Below, piece by piece: positions 12,467-23,438 of a DNA stretch of 64,000 nt (positions within the stretch are counted from its first letter, which is position 1; the number at the start of each line of letters is the position of its first letter). Origin of the DNA: Botryllus schlosseri (taxonomy: Eukaryota); assembly GCA_051294905.1 (NCBI GenBank), contig CM119382.1:9796001-9860000 (forward strand), written 5' to 3'. The notes under the pieces were generated by a model. The model was not told where the DNA came from. It did no database searches and worked only from the letters and a program-made list of their open reading frames with translations. Position numbers and translations under genes: made by a program.

Positions 12467-12799
12467 TTGTTTGTGCTGCCCCAGACATGCCTCAGACCTG
12501 ATATCTGTGCACTGTTTTTATCCGGACATGCTCCGGTGCTGATACCTGCGCACTAAATACCCCCAGGCATGGTCCGGACCGGATATCTGCGCGCTTTATG
12601 GACACCGACAACATGCGTCCGACGTGATACCTGCGTCCTGAACCATGCGTGGCCTATATATGACCCATATGTCTGCGTTTTTTGCTGATATCTGCGACAG
12701 CTGGGTATATCCACAGTAGTGATAGATGAGTATATGTTTGTGATGCGCACTATTTTAATCTGGACAGGCTTCGGAGCTGATACCTGCGCACTAAATACC

Positions 12800-13033
12800 C
12801 AAATAGCTATTTTTGGGGTTCCAACCATCCGATATCGTATGCGTCGGCTATATCGGGTGGTAATCGTCCGTAGACTCATACAACATATTTTTGGAAATAT
12901 TTACACAATTATGGCATAATTATAAAACTTAAAAAAATAGAGGCTTTTGTTTGAAACACTTTTTAAAACATGTTTTAAACAAAGTCTTTTAGACAAAGTG
13001 TTTTAAATATCCATTTGTTTTAATGCAACCCTA
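12800..13033 (-). mobile_element. One end of the TAGGGTTGCATT hAT MITE family (same family as 35427-35855)
   Basis: Its reverse complement aligns by eye with 35427-35650 (ATTATGCCATAATTGTGTAAATA...CTACGGAC.ATTACCACCCGA). Confidence 0.8.
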
Positions 13034-13070
13034 ACTAGAATGAGCGACTCTGCTGGATGTCGTTTGTTTA

Positions 13071-14438
13071 CTACAAGTAACGGAAGTGTGCAATTATAGC
13101 CAGCGTCGTTGATAGCAATGAAAACGATACCAAGATATAAATTTTTACATAAACGCAAGTAGTGCTGGCCATGGCGAATATAATTGAACTGCCAAATCCA
13201 GCAAATCCGGTTTGAACGATGTAAGAGGAATCTATATCATCAAAATACACGCTTGAAGCAACGTAAGACACTATTCTACGGAGAGCATGAGTAACTCCAA
13301 TGATTACAGCTAACACATACGGAACGTAAAGAGAACTGGCATCAGGTTCCCAAACGTAGGCAACGAGGTAAGTACACAGCTCGAACCCAAGACCCCAAAA
13401 ATACAAAACCGGCATAGACACCGAAGACGTGAGTCGGGAAAACCCAAAATTCACGATAAACGAAACCATATAAGCTATGGAAAGGCATACGCCAATATGG
13501 TCGACACCAAGGCTGCAAGAGACATAGGCTCGTGTGAACTCGGACCACAAAAAGGCAATGAACGCTCCGAACTGGATATGAATTGGAATCGTGAGCACTC
13601 GTAGCTTCGAACGCATATGCACAAGTAATTTTGACAATGAACCACCCAGTAGCGACCGTACCTTCTCTTTCTCCTCGTCACCACCCAGCAATGCATCATT
13701 CGCTGGTAGGCGTGTCCCGGCATTTTCACCAGGAACCGCAAAACAATGCACCATCATTCCGAAAGTCTGAAGACTTCCAAAAAAACAAAAAAACGCCACC
13801 AAGGAGCTACGGGTAGGAATGAGATGACGAAATTTATCCGAATTCTGCTCGAACGCATAATCCATCGGACAGTCGTTTCTTCCACAGTCGGAGATTTCAC
13901 CAACCCACAGCGATCCATTGCTGGCATCCGATCGAACAGCGACATCGTGTAGCATAATTCCAGGTATAATGCTAGTAGCAGCCTGCCCGCAAGCGAAGAT
14001 AGTTAAAAACACAGAAGTCGATTGCTTTCTGATGGTGCCATCTGATTCGCCGTGATTAAATGTGTTCACGATAGCTCCCGCAGCTGACATCATAATACTT
14101 TCGGCGATTCCTATCAAACTGGATGCAATTGTCATTGTCCAAATGTTCTGATAGAGCAACGCCAAGGTGTAAATAACTGAAGGAACCTCTCCGAGGATCA
14201 GACATTTCTTTCGTCCAATCCACGCTACTAATGGAACGTATGCCAACACGGATACGGTACACAACATGCAGTATACGAATACATTGGACGATCCAAGTGA
14301 TTTTTTTATACCAATGCTCGTTTGCAAGCTTATCAGAGTAAACTGCGGCGCGATGACTAGACTAAATGCAATGGATGTCATGTACAAACGCCACTGCATT
14401 GTGGAAATCTTCTCGTAAATGGAGCTTCTACTTAGCAT
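13071..14438 (-). CDS. UNC93A: UNC-93-like MFS-type multi-pass membrane protein, 455 aa, intronless, divergent
   Basis: Family-like segments SLQTSI, G-x-KKCLI, CG-x-NDC loop and RAYVSCSLGV, with many hydrophobic helices. The assignment is at family level; orthology to UNC93A is not established. Confidence 0.85.
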   Translation of the reverse strand: MLSRSSIYEKISTMQWRLYMTSIAFSLVIAPQFTLISLQTSIGIKKSLGSSNVFVYCMLCTVSVLAYVPLVAWIGRKKCLILGEVPSVIYTLALLYQNIWTMTIASSLIGIAESIMMSAAGAIVNTFNHGESDGTIRKQSTSVFLTIFACGQAATSIIPGIMLHDVAVRSDASNGSLWVGEISDCGRNDCPMDYAFEQNSDKFRHLIPTRSSLVAFFCFFGSLQTFGMMVHCFAVPGENAGTRLPANDALLGGDEEKEKVRSLLGGSLSKLLVHMRSKLRVLTIPIHIQFGAFIAFLWSEFTRAYVSCSLGVDHIGVCLSIAYMVSFIVNFGFSRLTSSVSMPVLYFWGLGFELCTYLVAYVWEPDASSLYVPYVLAVIIGVTHALRRIVSYVASSVYFDDIDSSYIVQTGFAGFGSSIIFAMASTTCVYVKIYILVSFSLLSTTLAIIAHFRYL

Positions 14439-16757
14439 GATGTCTTCAGAACCGACTTCAGCTTGACTTTACAGTGAATCCATCACAGCTTCGAGTATCT
14501 GCGACGCGAGATTGTAAGGGATATCCGGATTCATATCAATTTTCCAGCATATCGATTTGGCCTACGACTGACAGTATACTATGATTGAAGGCACAAGATC
14601 ATGTTTCTATACAGTGGAGACTTCCGACCACCGAAGCCACACCAGTTGCAAATCGAGACCATTGCTATCCAATTCAATCTATTTCCAACATCATATACAC
14701 TACAGGATAAACGCAGTAATTCTTTAGCGGAACAGGCGGAACTTACAATACCAAAAAGCGGACCAAGGGGAACTGCCGATCAGGCGAGTCAATACAAAAT
14801 GACTCAAATCTATGCGACGGAATTAGCGGGCAGGGGGCAATCACAGGCAAACGGCGGGCCGCGGAACAGGCACCCCTCTCAATATTCATATTTTCTAGTG
14901 TGATTTTGCTTTGGTACTTCGACAATTGTTGAAGTCTTTATTTCATTTAAAAAATATCATCAAGGAATGTTCTGCAACGTCGAGTCACCATTAAATATTA
15001 CTTTCTGACCCTGTCATATTGCACGATATATGTTTTGCAATTGTATGTAATCAACGTTTAGAGGGAAAATGAGCCAAAACGAAACGCACATGAAAGACTG
15101 TTGAATTTATAAGCCCCCCTCTGGGTGGGTTTCAAAATGTAGACTTATGCCCATTCTCAGGCTTAAGCCACGTCACTCAGTCACAAGTCCGTTTCAATAC
15201 TGCGACTTGAGGGATTTCACCCGCAATGTCGGGCTTTGCTGAGACCGATTTCTAAGCCTGCTATGGGGTAGGCTGAAGTTGTCTATCATGGTTGGTTTTG
15301 GTATGTACTTGTTAGTTTCGTATGCTACAAGCCAGTTTATGAATTCAAAATTCCTTCTAGGACACTCGATATAAATATTTTGTAGATGCCGAGGTAAAAT
15401 CCCTAGTTTCACATTTTCACCGGTGGCTTGGCTGTAGCAGCACGTTAGTAGTTACATCATATCCTTTATAAAGGGTATGGTTGCATCGACCTGATATTAT
15501 CCTGTTGTGGTATCATCTGATACATGTGGTGCAGATATCGAAAGCAATCGGAATGCGTATAGAATTGATCATCACTGTGCAGTGTGCAGTGCAAATATAT
15601 GTATTACATCATATTATAAGGGAGTCAATTCCAATGTAAACCAGATACCGGTATACACAACAAGCTGCATCTGTTTCAAAAGAAATGTCAAGTAAATTCA
15701 TTCTCGTTCTTCAAGTCAATTGTAGAACAGTCTGAAACATGCTTCTTGGCATAGCCCCAAATATGACCTTATTTCAGCGCTATTTCATTCACTTGAAATG
15801 ATGAAAGGCTCAAACAACTACACCTTCGCCGAAGTATTGGCGCATGCTGCCCCTGAGCGTACGTCCGCATATCGATTCATTATCATGGCAGTAACAATGT
15901 GATGTAACTAGATCAGCTACGAGCCACGATCATTACGTTGGGTAGCAGCAACCGTACGCATAGATTCACTTGTTCGAAAACTTCTTTTCCCGATTCTAGT
16001 TCCTAACAAGCACTTGTAGTTGGGCCCATCACCAGTTGCACCATATTGCTTTATATTCACGTATAATACTATTCCCCTCTTTCGAAAGCAACTCCGCACA
16101 CTCTCTGCACGCTTACATCAAGTAACTGTAGGCCTACTACGAATCAATTCCCAAAACCCCACTTCGATTGCCACAGTCAGACATGTTTCGACACGAGTAA
16201 ACGTGCATGACGAGGCATAAATTGGTCTTAAGTCAAGCACAGACTGACTTGCTCAAGTCCGGTGACGAATCAACTTTTGAAACGGAATTAAGTCAGCCGT
16301 AACCAACCTACTTGAGCAAGCCATTCACCGGTTTTGAGCGCGAAGCGAGAATAATACCCCTAGACCAGTGGTTCTCATCATTTGTAGTGCCATTTGGAAA
16401 TAGAAAACAGTTCGCGGTGCACCAGCACAGTGGTTCTGAACTTTTTTGTCTTACGGCACCTGCAAACTACCAGAATACTTAACATCACTCACTTCAGTAG
16501 TAACGATGATTCATGTGACCATCCCTGTAGTCAATCCAAACTATGTTTCTGTATTAAATTCAACAGTTCCAGCAAAAACAAAACAACATTTCACAAATTT
16601 TATTTGAATTTGATTATTCGGCATTTCGCACTAATTAGTAGGGATGGTGATCCGAACCCTGAGAGGTTCTGGTTCTTGTGAACGCAAACGTGAACCGTTA
16701 CGTCATAATGCCAATTCCAACCCCATGCATTCCGTAAAGTAATATATTAATGTACAC

Positions 16758-18739
16758 CAGTGGTTCTTAACCTTGCCTCCAGCGCCCCCCAAGGGGCGCT
16801 GGCGATTTTGAAGGGGGCGGTAACGCTCAGGGGGCGATATGGGGGGGGCGTTGGGCTCAGGGGGGCGATATGGGGGGCGCTGAATAAAAATGGCTTCGCA
16901 GTAGATGATGTGGTAGTAGGACATATCCTTAATGAGTATTCACAGCAAATCAACATTCCACAGAACATGTCAAATCCCGAAATGTTTGGTCGCGCTACAC
17001 GACGATGTTTGCTACATGTTTTCATAAATGAAGTGGGTTATTATCATTCATGTAAAATGAATTGCGCGTCCTTTTAGATCGCCAATTTCCCGTTAAAACA
17101 CTGCCGTCACGCTTTCTAGGTTTATTTTCAACAAAATGTTTCGAATTAGGTATTATATCCCGCAGCGCACAGCGTGTGAAAATCGAAGAAGGAGGCACTG
17201 TATATCAATTTTGAGAGTGAGAGACCCTTTCTACATAAAATAAGTTTTAAAGCTTTGTGCACGAAATGAAGAACTAAATACAGTTGTATTTGAGAGATAC
17301 AAAATTAAAACGTCAGAATATTTCTTTATCGTATCATATAGCATAATACTATCTAGTGTTGTGGTTCACAACCTCCCATGAACGTTATAATATATAATAT
17401 GGGTACTTTGTTTGGAATACATTCATGTTAAAATTAATAACTGGGTACAGTACTAAATTCAATGTGAGCAGATATTTGCATCCGATTCTCAGTCTCCTTA
17501 CTTATAGTTACACGAAGCATTAAGATAAAATCCAATACCATTAATTTCCCCATATTGCCAGTCGCCGATGTGAATTCGGGAGTGTTCGAACCACAGGCTA
17601 TGATATTGTACCTGATTGTTGTTATAACAACCTTGATTTGACCCTGGATATACCAAACAAAATTATTATATGGTTTGTTATAGTCGAATGGTCCTTGAGC
17701 GAAATTAAAGCGCGAAATATTTCCAATACCAAGGTCCCAAAAAGACCGACTGAACTTTGACCTCTTACCAAGGCCAAAACTGCTGCAACCCAAACCCTCA
17801 ATCGGTTAGCTCGAAGGATGCCCTAAATTATTTCGGCGAATGAAGACAAATCAAACATCCTGTTTTGACGACTCTCCCACGGAAGAATACGCATAATTAT
17901 AAAAAATAGAAATAGGCATTTCGGCGTCGGCGAATACCGCGCCACGATGCACGAGGACATATGAAGTTCCGGTGAATATGAGACTCCGAAAAGTGTGTCA
18001 AAAAGATCGCCAGCGAGAAAGTCTTAGCCGAAGAGGATTGCCCTTATCTTGAGCGTAAACTTCGATGTATGTAAGTCTAATTTTCCATATTGGCTTAAAA
18101 CACTTGTGCAGAATTATCATGTCGTCGCAATCTGCACCCCACAGGACAAATAACATCCATCAGAGAAAATTATTTGCCAGTGAAAAAATACCAATTTTGA
18201 ATCGTTTACTTAATTTAGTTTAATACGGTTATGCGTTCCAATATCTTTTGACTATATAGCGCGCAAGAGGTAACAGAATGGCATGTAACGATTAATTGTA
18301 CCAACGGGCACGCCCGAATATGTTCAATTAATAATTATATGGCCTTCATTTTCCAATACAACAGCTCACTCAGCGCTACTGGTACATCTGATTACGTGGG
18401 CTTAGAGGATAAAAAGTTTATAGCGACCTATATATGCAATTACCACCTATTCATTCATGCATTATAGAAAATTGTGGCGCCTCGGGTGACCATAGGCCAC
18501 ACAAACTTTGTTGACCATCGAAATCACGCGACGGGGTTCTTCGGGGCGAAGCCCTCAAAAGTTTTGCTTATAACGCTATGAGTGCGCAAGACGATCGTTT
18601 TTTAGGAGGATAACGAAGTGCTGCTACCGCCATACCTCTTACCAATTGTCTTTATTACAGTCCTTACAATATGAGGGGGCGCTGGAGCACGATAATTTTT
18701 GAAAGGGAGCGGTGGAGGAAAAAAGGTTAAGAACCACTG
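16758..18739. mobile_element. Buster-type hAT non-autonomous element, 1982 bp, containing a nested decayed CAGGGCCGTAAC-family copy (about 17768-18632)
   Basis: TIR CAGTGGTTCTTAACCT / AGGTTAAGAACCACTG; 8-bp TSD ATGTACAC (16750-16757, 18740-18747). Confidence 0.92.
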
Positions 18740-19195
18740 ATGTACACGATAACTAGCGACGACTCAGGTCATATTATGCCACAGACGTTTAAACGCCACC
18801 CACTATCAACTGCAACAATCAAAAGCCACAATAATTTCACAAAATCTATATCTTCCGTCACTTTGCCAACAATTTCGACGAGGACTCGGCTAAACCGGAC
18901 TTGTCTTCTTGAGAGTGAAACATGGGTTTTTATACTTGCACCGGATATTATCTCAAAAACAAGCCAACACCCCAATCGGGCAGATTTGGTAGCATGAGGA
19001 TATCAAATCAAGATAGACCCCGTACAGCTGATAGATTTTTACATTAGGCCTAGCCATCGATGCTTTCTTTCTTTCTATCAATTTTGTTGATGTAAATAAT
19101 TGATTGGTTAACTAAGCACAATCCGCCGTCTTCCTACATGTAGTCTGTTCCGTCCTTGCTATTGTGTGATTGCGGGCAAGTCTCACAGCATAGAG

Positions 19196-20044
19196 CAGGG
19201 GTGGGCAAACTTTTCAGTTCGCGGGCCGCATTCAACATCTGACTCCATTCGCGGGCCACACCGTATTTAATTGGGATTATTAGCCAAAGTGCAATATCTT
19301 TATTTATTTATATAGGAACAAAGGAAGTATGGAGATGATGTCTGTCAAATCTGTATATATGTTTAAAACTAATCAAAAATTAATTTAATGGTAACATACA
19401 CGCGCCAGAAATAATGACAACATTTTTGGTCAACCTGGTCAAACTCAATAACTAATTCAGGTAATATCGGCCGATTCTTAGCAACAGATGTAAATTTGAA
19501 TCTGTGAGAATCGATCTGTTCATAGATTTGCAGATTCTACTTTGGGTTTACCTCCAGGACAGACAATGCTGACAGCATAACCATATCATAACCTTAAATA
19601 TACGCTTCTACAATATATAGTTTCCATAAATATAAAATACATCTATACACATATGTAGGGCAAATCTATACCTAATACACGCGCGAATCGGTGTCCCAAA
19701 TACAGTAACAATAAAATTGCTGGAGTTGCCAATTTCAAATCGCGCTCATGATCCGAATTATGTTATTTCCGTTTTTAATTTATGTGATGGTTACCAATAC
19801 CAGTGCAACCTATGAAAATGTGTGAGCCTTGAAATCGGGCTACTATGCCAGCAATAAAATATACATCATAGTAGGAAAATAACTCATAATTGTCATGTGG
19901 AGATATATATTAAGAAAAAGTATTGCGAATTGCTGCAAAAAATACATTTTAGTACGCAGCATATTTTCTCGAGGCTTTCGCGGGCCGCACAAAATGTTTT
20001 TTTGGGCCGCATGCGGCCCGCGGGCCGTAGTTTGTTCACCCCTG
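19196..20044. mobile_element. Buster/Charlie-type hAT MITE, 849 bp
   Basis: TIR CAGGGGTGGGCAAACT / AGTTTGTTCACCCCTG; TSD GCATAGAG (19188-19195, 20045-20052); subterminal GCGGGCCGCA repeats. Confidence 0.92.
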
Positions 20045-20199
20045 GCATAGAGGCACTAAAGATTCACAAACGGATAGCTGAATATTCCGAGCAAACTTTC
20101 GAGCAAATATTTTTAAAATTGGCAAAGTGCATGCTCGTTCAGTGCTGGATTTCTTTTCATCCTGCCGGCGCCATGTGGGCTGCGGCTATAGTGGTCCCA

Positions 20200-20632
20200 A
20201 GTTGAAATGCAAAAAATTTTGACCAAAGTTGTTATATTGACGTAAAAAATTGTCATACATGAAAAAGGTTCACAGTGCTGGACATTAGAAGTTTTCGGTC
20301 AGCATAAGGGCAGTCCTTTTCAGTTAAGGTTTTCTCGCTGCCGATCATTCTGGCACACTTCTCGAAGTCTCATGTTACATGACCTAAAACTTCATATGTC
20401 TCGGTACATCGTGGCGCGGTAATGGCCGACGACGAAATGCCCATTTCAATATATCATGCGTATTCTTTCTTATGGGAATATTTAATCGAGCGCAACGCGA
20501 GAAAATTTTGAAATTTGCACAAATGTTCAAAAAAATACTCTATAATTTATGGTCATTCACGAAATAATTTTGGGCCCCCTTCGAGCTCAGCCCCCCCAAT
20601 TGTGGGGTTTGGGGGCGGCAGTTACGGTCCTG
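20200..20632 (-). mobile_element. Truncated reverse copy of the CAGGGCCGTAAC hAT family
   Basis: Ends GGCAGTTACGGTCCTG; its reverse complement matches 25963-26340. Confidence 0.75.
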
Positions 20633-21763
20633 ATTAGAACATATGTATGCGTCTCGAAAACAAATCTTTGAAACTTCAATTTACTGAGAAATATTTAACT
20701 GACTTTTGTTATCACGAGTGTTTACGTCAATTACGTGTTATATTGAAGTTTCTGTAAGGCGAAGTCCTGTAAAAAACACTAAATTGATTTTGATTGTCAT
20801 GATTCTTTTGAAAAGTACTGCAACTTGCTAGCTACTATTATACTGCCAATGTCGCTAAATCGAACCGATGTATTCGTAGCTCTCAGTTTAAACTGGTATA
20901 ACACTTGCATCATCGTAACTTACACCAAGTCCGAGTAGTCCATTAACTTCATATTCCGACACGATCCAGAAAAATTCGTTTCAAATTTCCAAATCAACTG
21001 AAAACTTTATGCTTCATTTCTATAATTAATCTGCGAGCGCCCAACGTCTTGCATTTTGCAATTGAGATCTATAATTGTAATAGACTGGGCGGACAGGCAA
21101 GAATGTTGACGCTGTAACGTCGGTTGAGAATTTGAACCACTGGTCCAATTCAACTGCGAACATGCTCTGAACGCTACAGAGTAACTTGCACATTTCTCCG
21201 ATCATCGGAAAATGTTATCTCCAAAGCAAACATTGCCAAGTACCCAGTGGTGGCTTTTGGGGTGGGCGAGGTGGGATTTGGATTTTGCGCTTTTTTCAAG
21301 GAGAATGACGAATAAACATGGAAATCCGTGCACCAAGCAAGAATATGATTCCGTACAGATGTGTCAATCATCATCAAATCACTGCATTTGTTAGAAAAGT
21401 CCCGTATCCCGATAATCATCACGTCTCTGCATGCGGTAGAATAACTTAGTTTTGATGTAGTCTATCCTTGCACACATGCAAAATAGACATGGCCGAATCC
21501 AGCACCTGGGCAAACCTTTGCGGTGGTGAAAGATAGATAATAATAACCGAGACGGAAGGGGGTCTGGGGGCGGAGCCCCCCAGAAGTTACGGATAGATAC
21601 TTATAGGGGGCCCCCGGTAAGTCTCACCCCCCCCCCCCCCGTTCGTAGGGCCACCACTGCAAGTACCAATATCCACGAATGAGTAACCTCTCCTTACATT
21701 TACTGCAACAGCTTCTCCGCATAGTTCATGGAAATCGAGTGATTTCAAAAGCGCTAGCGCGCG

Positions 21764-21769
21764 TTTATT
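21764..21769 (-). other. Candidate AATAAA polyadenylation signal for ROR
   Basis: The first canonical hexamer I noticed, about 780 nt downstream of the ROR stop; no transcript support. Confidence 0.25.
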
Positions 21770-22549
21770 CGACGACAGATAACAAATATTCAACGAGATC
21801 AAAGGGTAGAAGTAGCAATTAATAAAGCAATAATATAATCAATGATAAAGATGTACGTATAAAAAGCGAAGGATTGTTTCGTCAGATCAATAGAATTAGG
21901 AATCCTCGGGGATTGCGCTAAATATTTGTTTCCGGTGTCTGTACACCATTAGCGCTATCTGGGTCGTGTCATCATGAAGAAAAAACGCGTCACTTGAAAC
22001 ATGGATTTCGCATTGGTTGATACAATACATGAGTAAGCCAATCCAACTATTTTGAGGATTCAAATGTTTCGGGAATGAGAATGCCGCATTCGTACCAGTG
22101 ATCATAGGAATCAACACACAAAAATTGTAGTAAGTCCGTAACTCATGCTATCAATCATGTAATTACACTCACGAGTAAGTAAATAAGCTTGATCGTGACG
22201 TTGGCAAAAGGAACTAGCAGAGTTCCCCGCATAATTATTCAAGATTAAGCTTGCGACTCCATTGTTCAATGACGCCATTAAGATCCCATTCCGGACATTC
22301 AATGACTATCATTTTGGCGATGCTACCTTCTCGATCACGCCTGTAGAAACAGTAGCAAATATTGCTTTTCACGTTCGGCTACAAATAATGTTCTTCTAGC
22401 GCGATACCGCGTCGGGGCCTGCGTGTCCGCTATGGCGTCAACAATGCGTCGATACAATCACTCGGACATCATCCTCGACCGTGAACAGTCCGAGTAGGAG
22501 ATCCAGCATATCTTTGTGGTTTTAACCGCAAAGTTACTTCACTATGGCG

Positions 22550-23438
22550 CTAACCCGAAAAGTTACGGTCCACCGGGTTCGTAAACGGTGTCGCGGTCCG
22601 GTTATTGGATCCGGTCTTCGGGACGTAAGGTTTCGGTCCTAACAGCGGCGATGTCAAACTAGTGGACTGGTTTGCGACATTGCTGCCATCGTTGTCCTCC
22701 TCCACCGGCAAACCAGAGTCGCAAGATGGCGCTTTCGCACTAGACGACGACGACGATGACCGCGTCTCGTCGTTTTCAGCTTTTAGCGTGATTGACGACG
22801 GCTGCGTCTGCTGTTCGCTGTCAATCTGTGACGTCGCAGTCGCTTCATTATCGCTGTAGGCGTTGCTGGGAAACGGCGGCGGGCCTGTAGATTCAACGTG
22901 ATCGCCTGTGTTTATTTGTGTGCTGTTTTCGTCCTCTGTAACACCGCTGAGAGGCCTGCGAAACCCTTGGTTTTGTTGGGTCTGCTGTTGGAAATGCGCC
23001 GGCTGGCAGTCGACCACGCCGTAAAATTTATGCTGCGGTTGTCCACCGTATTGGAACGAATGGCCGGCCGAGCTGGGTCGAGAAACCGCGCCGAATTCGC
23101 TGCAGGAAGACGCGCAGCTGCTAGCGCTTCTACTGCTCTGCGTACCTGGCCTTCGCCCGGCGCTCATCGCGTAAGCCTGGTTGTTTTGATGGTCCGCGTA
23201 ATATCTCGGTTGGAAGGTGTTCATTTCGTAGTTCCCCGGGTATTCCTGCGGCTGTAAGTCTATGCGTTGCCCGGTGTATGATTGGGCGGACACGTTAGGT
23301 CCCGGGGCGTAGCCGTTTTGCGGGTGGTTTGGGATGTACTGCTGTTGTTGCTGCATGTTGGGATACAGGCTCACCCCGGTGACGGCGTTGTATGTGGGTG
23401 GCGGAGATGGGGTACCGTAACTCGGGAGGCTGGAGTCT
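22550..23438 (-). CDS. ROR: ROR last exon, S/P/Q-rich cytoplasmic tail to the TAA stop
   Basis: Extends the ORF track entry 22550..23374 upstream to acceptor cttatatttcag; low-complexity Pro/Gln/Ser tail as in RORs. Confidence 0.88.

Noticed and set aside
15480-15860. Possible decayed second UNC-93 or other membrane-protein copy
   Set aside because: Only vague hydrophobic stretches with many stops and no family motif.
22662-23257. Plus-strand ORFs 22662..22859 and 22898..23257
   Set aside because: Antisense shadows of the GC-rich ROR last exon.
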